NCBI RefSeq assembly: GCF_006345805.1
Contig: NC_043002.1
Location: 5,766,001-5,830,000 of the forward strand
Length of the DNA: 64,000 nucleotides
Direction of reading: 5' to 3'
Origin: Octopus sinensis
Lineage: Eukaryota
Shown: positions 24,300 through 36,161 of the stretch, piece by piece
How positions within the stretch are numbered: the first letter of the stretch is position 1
Layout: each line of letters begins with the position of its first letter
Program-made: the position numbers and the translations under genes
The notes under the pieces: generated by a model
Told to the model about the DNA's origin: nothing
Databases searched by the model: none
What the model saw: only the letters and a program-made list of their open reading frames with translations

Positions 24300-25330
24300 T
24301 TTAATCTAGATGGTTCTACTTGAGGTTCAGTTGGCCAACTTTTTATAACGCCAATCGATCAGGAAATTTGTCGGGAAGAGTCCAGCTCATTTGGTTGCAC
24401 CAGTTGATCAGACTGGCCGAGTTATGTTCGCGTAGGTGTTTATGTCTCATTTAGAAAATTATGCTGTGGTTCTAAGCTAGAATTCTGAGCCAGGTGGTTT
24501 CGAATTTTAGTAGAAGCTTTATTACAAACCCATAACTGGGATGGAACTAGCACTTACACTTGTAGCGTAGCTAGGTGATATCCTCACTGTTTGAGAACTA
24601 TATTAGAAATGATCTCGTGTTAGATAGCAACCATCTTTGAGTATTTTGACCCTGTTGTGTCCACTACCCTGATTGGTTGACATTGGCGCAGTTTGTCTCT
24701 TGATTTATTTCGCACCAGTGTGTAAGCCAACCAATCACGGCCTTCGGATACGGTCCCATGACACAGTCTTTTTGGGGTTTGACTGGAGTCCACCTCAGGT
24801 TAATAAAAGGCGCCAGCAAATCACTACTTTTCGTCTTGGGTTCTAGTCCTCAGGACTAACCTCTGACCACAGAGCGACTCAGCCAGTTCCAGCGACAGAC
24901 AAACAAATCAGCCAGCCATGTTCCTGTTCCAGCCAACGACGACGCTAACATACACTAGCAAGGCAGGACATTTCCACCACCAACGCCTTCATCTCGACGA
25001 CACCTTTCTCTGCCGTCGCCATCACCATTGTTGTCCTTCAACTTCATTTCATCTCCAGCAACACCAATACGTACACCGCACTCGCTGTTGTGATTTTGAC
25101 CAAGGTGCACAGCACTACCTGCAAGAATTCCTGTATCAAGGGACCTGGCACAGCATTGAAGCCCCAACCACTACGCGACATGTGTTCAACTGGCATTCTG
25201 CCTTGTGACCCCAATATCCTGTTACAGAACTATTGCTATTGTGTAACCTTACTATGAACTGGTAAATTCATCTCTATCTTGTCTAAAAATATCCTGAGAG
25301 ACTCATTCTATGCTCTGTATTGTATTCTGA
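24300..25330 (+). mobile_element. LTR-like sequence of uncertain class
   Basis: More GC-rich than flanks, with ATTGG/CCAAT boxes (about 24672, 24731) and TATA-like AATAAAAGG (about 24802); TG..CA ends and TSD not established. Confidence 0.3.
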
Positions 25331-25480
25331 GCTGAATTCCAAAAGTGGCAGGAATGCTGGGACCGGTGTATTGCTGCGCAAAGTGACTATTTCGAAGTGG
25401 ATGATGTTAAAACTTAGCTAAATAAGTTATTTTTTTATTGAATATAACTAGTCTGAGAACCTTTTGATACCGCCTCATAT
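25330..25480 (+). mobile_element. mariner 3' relic
   Basis: FQKWQECWDRCIAAQSDYFE resembles the mariner C-terminus, followed by TIR-like gaaccttttgataccgcctcata. Confidence 0.6.
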
Positions 25481-25699
25481 GTATATGTGCGTGCGCGTGT
25501 ATATATGCATGTTTATTTATTTGATGCACAGGGGTTTAAACAGCTGACTTGCAGTTTCTTGGTTGACTGCACAGGTTAGCAGATTTTGAGGTTATAAGTA
25601 ATATTACGTAATACTTGCATTCAAACATGTCGTTGTCTACAATCCTCCACATTGTTTGCGCCAATAAAATTTTACTCATAAGGATGTGGGTGCTTTTTT

Positions 25700-25875
25700 T
25701 TACGTGCCACCTGCACAGGTGACACGTAAAAAGCACCCACTACACTCGCGGAGTGGTTGGCGTTAGGAAGGGCATCCAGCTGTAGAAACACTGCCAGATC
25801 AGACTGGAGCCTGGTGCAGCCCCTGGCTTCCCAGACCCCGGAAAACGGACGTTAAGCGATGATGATGATGATGAT
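25700..25875 (+). mobile_element. RTE-related dispersed repeat with inverted 5' junction
   Basis: Shared core and (GAT)n tail; inverted copy of its start at 25686-25706. Confidence 0.8.
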
Positions 25876-26085
25876 ATGGTTAAACTGACATTATAGTAGC
25901 AGACACTTGCCCAAAGTACCATGAATTCCCGGTCACAGGACCAAAGGGGTCTTTGCATGGTCATTCGACTTGCTCAAAAGAGCAATCAGTTATCCTCAGA
26001 TTAGAACTACCGTTGTATATAAGAACAAGACAATTCCTTCTAAAAGGCTGTAGTGGACCTGACTAAAATATCTTTGGTCTTAAGT

Positions 26086-27765
26086 GCAGGTGTGGTTGTG
26101 TGGTAAGAATGTCGCTTCTCAAACACATGGTTCTGGATTCAGTCCCACTGCGGGGTCTCTTGGTCTCTTACTTTTGATCCGGCTCGACACAAATCTTGTA
26201 AAGGGATTTGCTTGGTGGAAACTGAAAAAAGCCTGTCGTGTATGTATGTATGTATGCATGCATGTATGTTTGTATGAATGTATGTTTGTATGTATGTGTG
26301 TTATGTATGTATGTTTGTATGTATGTATGTGTGTATGAATGTATGAAAAATGTATGTATGTATGAGTATATGTATGTTTGTATGTATGTATGTATGCATG
26401 CATGTATGTATATTTCTATGTATGTGTGTATGTATGTATGCTTGTATGTATAGTTGTATGTATGTATGTATGTTTGTATCTGTGTATGTATGTATGTTTG
26501 TATGTATGAATGTATGTATGTATGAATGTATGTTGAATGTATGTATGTATGAATGTATGTATGAATGTATGTATGTATATTTGTATGTATGAATGTATGT
26601 ATGTTTGAATGTATGAATGTATGTTTGTATGTATGTACGTATGAATGTGTTTGTATGTATGTATGTATGTATGTATGTATGTATGAATGTATGTATGTAT
26701 GAATGTATGTATGTTTGAATGTATGTATGTATATTTGTATGTATGAATGTATGTTTGTATGTATGTATGTTTGTATGTATGTACGTATGAATGTGTTTGT
26801 ATGTATGTGTGTATGTGTCTATGTATGTATTGCTTGGTGGAAACTGAGAAATGTATGTTTGTATGTATGTATGTATGTGTTTATGTATGTATGTATGTAT
26901 GTTTGTATCTGTGTATGTATGTATGTTTGTATGTATGAATGTATGTATGTATGAATGTATGTTTGAATGTATGTATGTATGAATGTATGTATGAATGTAT
27001 GTATGTATATTTGTATGTATGAATGTATGTATGTTGAATGTATGAATGTATGTTTGTATGTATGTATGTATGTATGAATGTATGTTGTATGTATGTATGT
27101 ATGTATGTATGTATGTATGTATGAATGTATGTATGTATGAATGTATGTATGTTTGAATGTATGTATGTATGAATGTATGTATGAATGTATGTATGTTGTA
27201 TGTATGTATGTTTGTATGTATGTACGTATGAATGTGTTTGTATGTATGTGTGTATGTGTCTATGTATGTATTGCTTGGTGGAAACTGAGAAATGTATGTT
27301 TGTATGTATGTATGTGTTTATGTATGTATGTATGTTTGTATGTATGCATGTGTGTATGAATGTATGTATGAGTATATGTATGTATGTATGTATGCATGCA
27401 TGTATGTATATTTGAATGATTGTATGTGTGTATGTATGTATGTATGCTTGTATGTATGTATGTATGTATAGTTGTATGTATGTATATTTGTATGTATGTA
27501 TGTGTGTATGTATGTATATATGCTTGTATGTATGTATGTATAGTTGTATGTATTTACGTATGAATGTGTTTGTATGTATGTATGCGTGTGTGTGTGTGTC
27601 TTTATGTTTGTGTTTATTCTCCACCACCGCTTGACAACCAGTGCTGGTTTGTTTGTGTTTCCAAGCTTATAAGCAAAATATTGGGGTTGATTTGTTCGAC
27701 TAAACACTCCAAGGCGGTGCTCCAGCATGGCAGCAGGCTGATGACCGAAACAAGTAAAAGATAAG
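26086..27765 (+). mobile_element. SINE family A inflated by ~1.4 kb of (TATG)n-type repeat
   Basis: SINE head 26086-26230, SINE tail 27595-27765, microsatellite between. Confidence 0.85.
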
Positions 27766-28439
27766 AGGTAGGTCAGCTCGATCGTGGTTTTTACCAGTTA
27801 GTGTAGCGAGCCAATTTTAATTAACGAAAATTACACCTGTAATGAGTAGAAAAATAAAGACATTATCTAAATTATTGATTCTGGAATTTCGGAATTTAAA
27901 TTTATAACGAATATAATGGATAAGTACCAGTTACGCACTGGGGTCGATATAATCGACTTAATCCGTTTTTCTGTCCTTGTTTGTCCTCTCTGTGTTTAGC
28001 CCCTTGTGGGTAGTAAAGAAATAGGTATGATATCTCCGAAAAATTGCTTATTTCTTCAAAAACAATATTATAGTTGTTGAATAAGAGTGAGTGATAGTAT
28101 TACCAATATATGGACAGTGTTAATGCCATCCATACAACTTAAATTCTTCGGATAGTCAACTCCTTTCATGCATTTATTAGCTAAACTGTTTCGGGTAGTC
28201 CAGATTCCGATCGTTAAGTACGATTTATTTAAACAAATAACGAATCACTTTAGAAAGAGCAGTTACATCGACCTTAAATCACAGTGAACCGTCTTAAAAG
28301 AAGGAAGGACATATGATGTAAGATGTCCTAGATATACTGTGTCTGAAAAAATATAAGAAACAGTCGTGTCTGAAAAGTTTTGGGTCACAGGTTTGTACTG
28401 TCAGATCGAGAGCAAAACAACAAGCTTAGTTGGCTAAAG

Positions 28440-28742
28440 GGTACTACTAGCGAACAGTGGTCCCGGTGCGCGCACACGTGAAGTCGCGCATCCGCGCTAG
28501 CTAGTCGTAAGTAGTCGATCCTACAACGACTACCTAGCAAAGTAAATAAAACACAAAATAAATAATTTTTTTTACACAAAGTAAATAATTTTTGTTAAAC
28601 AAAGTAAATAAAACACAAAAACACAAAGTAAATAATTTTTTAAACAAAGTAAATAAAACATAAAAACACAAAGTTAGGATCGACTAGTCACGCCTAGCTG
28701 GTGCGGATGCGCGCACCGGGACCACTGTTCTCAAGTAGTACC
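28440..28742. mobile_element. CpG-rich MITE with ~80-bp TIRs and internal A-rich subrepeats
   Basis: GGTACTACT..GAACAGTGGTCCCGGTGCGCGCA...GTCGATCCTA / TAGGATCGAC...TGCGCGCACCGGGACCACTGTTC..AGTAGTACC; flanks GGCTAAAG vs GGCTAGGT (partial 8-bp TSD). Confidence 0.8.
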
Positions 28743-28917
28743 GGCTAGGTAAAGTACCACTCGATTAAATGGGAATCAAACCATGTTATAACTTCACCCC
28801 GAAGCGACAGACGTCCTTGTGGAAAAGCATGAACACCACTCCATCCCATTCCCGTAGAACCCGAACCATTCTTCTCCTAGCAGAAAACTCCAAAGCAACG
28901 CAGTCTCCAGTCTCGGT

Positions 28918-28985
28918 TAAGTTCCCGCGTGACATTTCCTCGCTTCTGATTGGCTAACACCAAATGTGTGGCAAGTTTGAAAACT
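28918..28985 (+). promoter_or_regulatory. Candidate cell-cycle promoter of MELK (E2F + CCAAT + CHR)
   Basis: TTCCCGCG 28922-28929, ATTGG 28949-28953, TTTGAA 28976-28981 within 60 bp; MELK is an E2F/DREAM target in mammals. Confidence 0.55.
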
Positions 28986-29214
28986 TAAACATTATTTGTC
29001 TCTTTCATCATAAACTTACTGGACACTAATTTACCTGTGTGTACATAGACTACCCACCACTCCAGGTAAACCACTACCTATTTCTAATGCTGCTTCACTT
29101 ACTACAACACTGTCTGGTTTATAAATGAAACTCACTCCTTGTTTTGCATACTTTTGTTGTCTCTTTTACATCTTAACAAACATTTTTCAATCCATCTCTC
29201 TTAATTGCCAACAG
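28985..29214 (+). other. MELK: Candidate non-coding first exon of MELK
   Basis: Follows the promoter motifs; donors CAG|GTAAAC (about 29065) and CAG|GTACTT (29214/15). The first coding exon has its own acceptor at 45585, so an upstream UTR exon is required. Confidence 0.4.
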
Positions 29215-31431
29215 GTACTTCATAGAACATTCGTTATGTAACATACATATATATATCTACAATGTAATATTGTTATATCATTATTAATTAACTCTCCCTG
29301 TTTTAATTGTGAAACCGAATGCATGTTATTTACGATGCTAGGAAAAATATTTTTTCTACATATGTGTTCTTTTTTCATTCCATCCTTTGCATTAGATTTT
29401 ATAATAATGAAATTATTGTATACAGCGCTCAGGTGCATTTTATAATCCCCGATTTTTCTTCTTACATTAAGCAAGACAAGTCGTTATACATTTTACAGCT
29501 TTAAGCTTGTAAATGATAAAATTAAAGATTTATAAAAGTGGATGAATATCTGTCTAATATAATTTTTATTTTATTTCTTTCCTTTACAAAAATTCAGAAC
29601 GGCCTACCTCTCTATTGATCATTTTCACATCACGTTTCATCTGAATAAAAGCAGTCTTTATTTTATGTTCTACTTTGAAATAATATCATTTAATGTAAAG
29701 AAGATAAATATTTGATCAGTGAGTTTAGTGTGGGAATATTTGTCAGTAACGTTGACTTGGCGGCTACGTTGTTTAAAACTAGTTTTCTGTTAGTCTTTAT
29801 TATATTCGACCCCAATCAAATTACCCACCCAAATGTGCGCTCTCAAAACCTATTTTTTAATTCTGAGAGAATTTGTTTTTTTTCGCTTTCTCTACTTTCC
29901 TCTCTTTTTCTCTGTTTCCAAGCAGTGACTGACCTTTAAAATATACATATTCCTTTTCAAACAATATATCTTTCTATCCAAATAGCCTGAATAGTGAATT
30001 ATCACATACTTGCTATCTTGTAACTAACGGTTGTTGGGTATGAATAGTCAACAACAGCTGTACCGCCTTAAAAATTCAAAACTCCAATAGAAATAGTAAC
30101 TTGTGTAAATCCACCTTTTTTTTTGTATGCCCGTTTATAATTATATTTTTAAAACCGTTTTCCACGAAACTTCAAGGAAATGTATCTCGAAATTCTAAAA
30201 CTAAACTGAATACATTGCAGATTGCCTTGGTGCCAAGTTGGGGAGGTATTCTTGATTTACAATTAAACAAATTTACTTAATGCTACTTTACCATTAAAAA
30301 GGAATAATCATTTGACGGACTTTCGGAATAACTATCACTACATCACGGAGAAGGTAAAAAAAGATTAAATAAAGGGGCAAAAATATAGAAAACTGTAATT
30401 TTTGGAAAGTATTCTTTTAGAATCGTAATTTTCGTTGTGTGAAACAGGAATATTGACAAAGAAAAATAACACCCAACTTTTTCCCTTCCTGATGAGGTAG
30501 TGATATCGATTTCGAAGGTCCGCCCATCATTCAACTCCAGTCACCTATAAAGGTTTTTATTTTTTTCGTGTGATTTGAACTTAAAGCATACACGAACGAA
30601 ATCAAATACTGCGGCAATGCTTGATATTTCTATTTTCGTTTGAAGATCGAATTCCGAAGAATCGAATTATGCTCTTCGACGTCCAGTATCGATGCATTTA
30701 ATTTCTACCGTATGATGACCAATAGCAATGAGTGCAGGCCCATTGCTATTGGTCATGATACAGTGTTGTTAGCAAGAATGGAAATGACTTATAGCCGGCA
30801 TGCAGAGCCGTCTTAGGATTATCGACCCTTCACTCAGATAAAAACAATGTACTGGGACCTCTTACATATACGACCCCATCATAAATAAGCATTGGGCCCC
30901 ATGACACGTAGGTGTTTCCAGGTAACTGTCCAGTGTACCCATTCGTTATGACAGCACTGTCCACATGCTCCTCGGACTAGTAATAGGCCAAAACAATTCG
31001 ACGACTATGTTTTCAGCTGCACAATCAAATTTGAAAATTCCTGTATCAAGCCAAAATAATATCCTCAACTGCTAATTGTATATCTCTCCCAAGACCGCGA
31101 AACAGTTTCGATTCTATTAAAACACACACAAAGAAATGAGCTTTACGCAGTCTCAAATCAATGTTTGGTCGCCTTTAGATCCCACCAGTTCTAGACAAGA
31201 CTTAAAAGTATTTTTTCGAATCAAATAACACAGAAAAACAGCATAGATAATAATATTTAAGCATTATTGAATTCTTTCCTTGATTCAATTAGAAATTAAA
31301 ACAGGATCATGATATTTTATAGTACCAAATGCCCCTCAGACAATCTCACTGGGGTCTTTAAAAATCCACTGGAAATAGTGACCAAATGTCACCCTTCTTT
31401 CATAAAAACAAGACTTATTGGATATATATAT

Positions 31432-31659
31432 TTTTTATTGCCCACAAGGGGCTAAACATAGAGGGAACAAACAAGGACAGACAAAGGGATTAAGTCGATT
31501 ACATCGACCCCAGTTTGTAACTGGTCCTTAATTTATCGACCCCGAAAGGATGAAAGGCAAAGTCAACCTCAGCGGAATTTGAACTTAGAACGTAACGGCA
31601 GACGAAATACCGCTAAGTATTTCGCCCAGCGTGCTAATATTTCTGCCAGTTCGCCGCCT
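31432..31659 (-). mobile_element. SINE family B
   Basis: Reverse complement of the consensus. Confidence 0.9.
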
Positions 31660-32581
31660 TATTGGATATATTGTCTAGAATGCCTATACTCATAGGGTTG
31701 CTTGACCTAGGCCAACTTATGAGAAGGGTGAATCCTCTGCAAAATCACAAAGAGATAAATGGTTGTAGTGTTGTCCTGAAAACATGCAGCTTGAGGGTCA
31801 ATCTGGCAGTCCAAATATTGGTAATCATGTGGTCAATGACTGAAGAGACTTTTTACATTTATTCATTCGTTTTGTCTCACTACATTTACTACTGAGTGAA
31901 TTATACCGTTAAACGATGATGATGATAAAATGTCAGTGCTACCTGATATGCAAACCACAGCCATTTTGTGTTGCTGATGGTTAGTGCTACTGCTTTGCTT
32001 TTAGCTCTAAACCTGGAGAAAGAGGTAGTGACCATGGCCTTTGCAGTATCTCTGAGACCTGTCAGATTGATGCTGTTAGTTTTTCACTTTTACAAGTTAA
32101 CAACTACAGAAAACAAAAAAACATAAAGAAGGAAAGAATTCCAGCAGGAGCAAGTATTGAACATAGTCATTAGGACGAGGGTCTCATAAAGCACATTTAT
32201 TGGCCAAAGATTGGAGCATTTTATATGCTGATCACTTGAGTGGCCTTTCTCTAGTTGTTCCCTTGGATGTCTATGTGTACAGCAGCTGCAAGCACCATCC
32301 CAGATAAGGGGCAGGACTTCATTGTGGTTCTCACCTCACTTTTGTAGATCATCAGTCATTGTTGGAACTTGAAGTATTTTCTACTTCTGTTTGCTCAAAT
32401 TTTATTCAAAGATTATTATTGAGTCTTTTAAGTTTTTCGTGATAGTCCAAGACATCCTGAGATTTCATTGTTCTGGTTTTACTTTTTTTTTTCTAACTCA
32501 GAAAATATTTGTTCTTTTGACTGAACACAAAAAATCAGAGATCTACATTTTTGAGAGTGGCAAGGGAAATTTACGACGTTA

Positions 32582-33580
32582 TGTTAGTTAAGTTAAGTTT
32601 AGTTAATTTTTTGGCTCAAAAAGCAAAAAGCAAGGCCATGTAGGGGGACATGGAGTTATGTACAGGGTGGTGTTCATGCAAAGAGTTCAGGCCATTTCTG
32701 GTCAAGAGAGACTTTGAACCGAGCGGTCGTCGGCATCTTCACTATCTCGTCCGGCAGCTTATTCCACAGATCTGCAACCCAGACAGAGAAAGCCCCTCTC
32801 CTTCGATTGAGATGAAATCGTCGCAGATAGAGCTTTTCGGAGTGACCCCGCAGCCGATGCTCTGGAGCAGGAGTGAAGAACAGCTCTTTCGAGAGGTTAC
32901 ACGTTCCGCTTATGATGTTGTGAGCAAGAATGAGATCACCACGGCGTCATCGTTTTTCTAGAGAATAAAGGTCGAGCGTCTTCAGCCTTTCTTCATAAGA
33001 CAAATGCTTGAGACCAAGAACCATGCGGGTAGCCAGCTTCTGGACTCTTTCGAGATGGTGTATGTCTTTGAGGAGATAAGGAGAAGAGGCTTGAATCCCG
33101 TACTCCAATATGGGTTTCACCAGCGTGACATAGAGTGGTAGGAATATGGCTGCTGTGAGCATTCCGAATGACTGTCGAATCAAAAACAGAACTCTGCGTG
33201 CTTTGTTGGCAGCATGGACGCACTGGGCCGAAGGCGAAAAGGAAGAATCCACCAAGATACCCAGGTCCTTTACCTGGTCGGTCCTCTCCAGTAGCAGACG
33301 ACCTGGCTTGAAATCAAGTTGAGTTGCAGGAGAAGAGCCAACAAGCAGATGACAGCACTTTGAAACGTTCAGACACAGGTTCCATTCGTTAGACCATCTC
33401 CAAACTTGGTGGAGGCATCGGCGAAGATCATCTATATCACCGCAAGGAGCAACCAATTTGACATCATCGGCAAATAGTAGGGTGTGTTGCATGAGGTCGT
33501 CGGGCAAGTCATTTATGAAAACTAAGAACAATAAGGGCCCAAGCACTGAACCTTGAGGCACGCCACTGCTAGGATATACT
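32582..33580 (-). mobile_element. CR1-clade LINE, 5'-truncated, young
   Basis: GVPQGSVLGPLLF, FADD, KDLG, LERVQKLAT motifs; one in-frame TGA (32947-32949), frame then continues RRGDLI...WNKLP to stop at 32674; (TAAC/TTAAC)n tail. Confidence 0.95.
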
Positions 33581-34939
33581 CTTTTTTTTTTTTGCATTTC
33601 CAAATATAAAGAAGTGAAACGATTTTAAGCAGGGATCAAGTCTTTGAGCTGAATTTATCAAAGTGCTTCATTCTTTTGTGGTTATCGTGAAGTAGAATGA
33701 GGTGGGGGTAGGGTTCTTTAGTAAATCCAATCTATTCTAGTATATTCTTCTTTCTACTTTGTGCCAGATGGCACAATAAGCTTCCAGTCTCTATCCCTCT
33801 CTCTCGTCCTATTGCACCTGGTCCCATGTTCCCCATCTACTGACCTGCCTCTCTAGTTTAACAGTTCTTCTCCCTTGTGTTCTTGAATCCTCCATGTTTC
33901 CTTCATCCTTCAAGAGTCCATGTATTGTTGGGTTGAGATGTAGTGTAATTGACCCCAAAGCTTAGCTTTCACTCAAGTGCATCATGTTTCTTTCTCTTTC
34001 TAGTTAGGAACCACTGCTTCTCTACCATGTTGTGGATTCTTCTGAATGTTTGAAGTTTCTGTAATAAGAAGTTTCCTTCAGGATCAGGTGATTAGCTCAA
34101 TGCCCAACCTTCAAGATCTGAAGGCAGGATGTGTGTTCTGAGGGTTTCCTCCCTTTGGATAATTGCAATGCTGCCCATGCTCAAGAGCTCTATTTGCCTG
34201 GGAGTCAAAATCAGGGTTTCCTTCTAGGGGATTTTTTGGCTCCCTGTGAAGTGTGTTAGGGTACATAAGAAGTCAGAGGTACATAACGGTAGAATTAGTG
34301 GGAGATGAACCAAGGTTATTGTAGGGATGGTTGCTATTGGCAAAATGAGAGAGGTATATAGGGGAAAGGCAAGGTGGACAGGGCATTCAGTGGCAAATAA
34401 AGTGGTAAGGTATGGTATTGAGAATGCATGAGAAAAAGGAAGTGGTTTCAGGAAGGGTGAGTGATAAGGTGAATGAAATATGTGCAGTCCTCCTACTCTA
34501 ATAGTGACAGCAGCTGAGTGAATAGAACCATAGTTAGAGGAGTGATGGAGGGGTGGGTGTTAGGAAGATGAGTTGTTGGGGTGATGTAGCCGACTGTATT
34601 ATCATTAGTAATATTTTCATAGATATAACAGAATATCTTAAAATATTCTTTTGCCATTTAGAATTCTTCTGAAGTAGCATTTATGTGCTTAAATAATGTG
34701 TCTGTAGAAGAGCAATAAAACCTATCCAAAGCATGTCTGGTGTTGATGAGATCTGTGCTTAGACCATTGCAGAAGAGCTGGGGTGGCTATTAGATACACT
34801 AAATCAGTGTAGGCAAGTCTATTTTAAAAGGGATGCAGTCTAAAATGTGTAGATGTTTGTACAGTTGACTTTGTCCAAATATAATAGCTAAATATATCAG
34901 GGTGTGTGGAATGTAATTGCATTTTACCAGAAAGGATAT

Positions 34940-35790
34940 AAAAACAAATGCAAACTGTGTTTATTTGAATAGTTCTAATCAAGAATGTAATCACCATTGT
35001 TTTTGTCAACTGCCGCCCAATGGGAAAGTAACCTTTTATGTCCAAATGTCTGAATGGCCATTTTCAACTTCCTCTCTGATCTTTTGCCTCTTATATCATG
35101 TTTTAGTGATCGGAACAAATGGAAATCCATAGGGGCCAAGTCAGATGCGTATGAAGGATGTGAAAGAACTTTCCTTTCTAACAATCTTATTTTTTCTTGG
35201 GTTTGTTTTGAAGAATGTTGCCATCCATTGTCATGTTGAAGAATGACACCTTTTCTGATTACTAAAGCTGGCTTTTGACATAATTTTTCATTTACACAAT
35301 CAAGTTGTTGATAATAGACATCTGCATTGATGGTTCTTCTATGTTCCAGTGGCTGTAATGGATGATACCTCTCATGTTCCATCAAACACAAAGCAAGGAT
35401 TTTTGTGGATGGTGTTCTAGTTTTGGCGTTGGCACTAGCCTTTCATTACATAATAACCATTGTCATTTTCATTTTCTGTTATGATGCAAAAATCCATTTT
35501 TCATCACCTGTAACAATACTCAGCAGAAAGGATAGGTTGTTATCAGTGGTTAGAAGACTGCTGTAGATGGTGGAATGTTGTGTTCAGTTCTCAAGCAGAA
35601 GCTCATGTGGATCCCAATGGTAGTTAAATTGACTCAAGATGTTGATAACAATTTCCAGTTCTCATGTGGCAGACTTGAACCTTATTTGAAGATAATACAA
35701 AACAAAATAAAACAAAACTTTCCTCTCATCCATTTTACATCTTCACAATTTAAAATTAAACTTAACAATTCTAGAACCTCTGCTCTTACT
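34940..35790 (-). mobile_element. Decayed mariner transposase
   Basis: VILQHDN...HPSYASDLAPMDFHLFRSL match mariner HDNARPH / HPPYSPDLAPSDF motifs. Confidence 0.85.
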
Positions 35791-36161
35791 TAAGTCCTTC
35801 ACTCCCTATAGAACACAGATCATTGAGTGGCTTTTCTCTATTGTTTTTACATCCTCAAAGTAAGGATTTCTTCTCCTGGACCTTGTTGGTTTTGAATTTT
35901 CACTGATGCTTTTGTGACTTTACTTTTTCTTTAGGTAGGGGTGTTGGTGCTATGCAATTTCATCTTACTTCTGGGATGAGGTGGTCCATATTAGCCTATC
36001 TTCTGTCCTTTGCCAGTTCATCATGAGAAACCCTACCATCAGCTTGAACTCTGCTGGCCTAGCTCTGAGGGTCACTGCAGCCCACAAGCCATCTCACCAT
36101 AACAAAGACTGGGCCTTACTTGTTACTGTTTGCAGGAAATCTAATATAATTTTTTATGATT

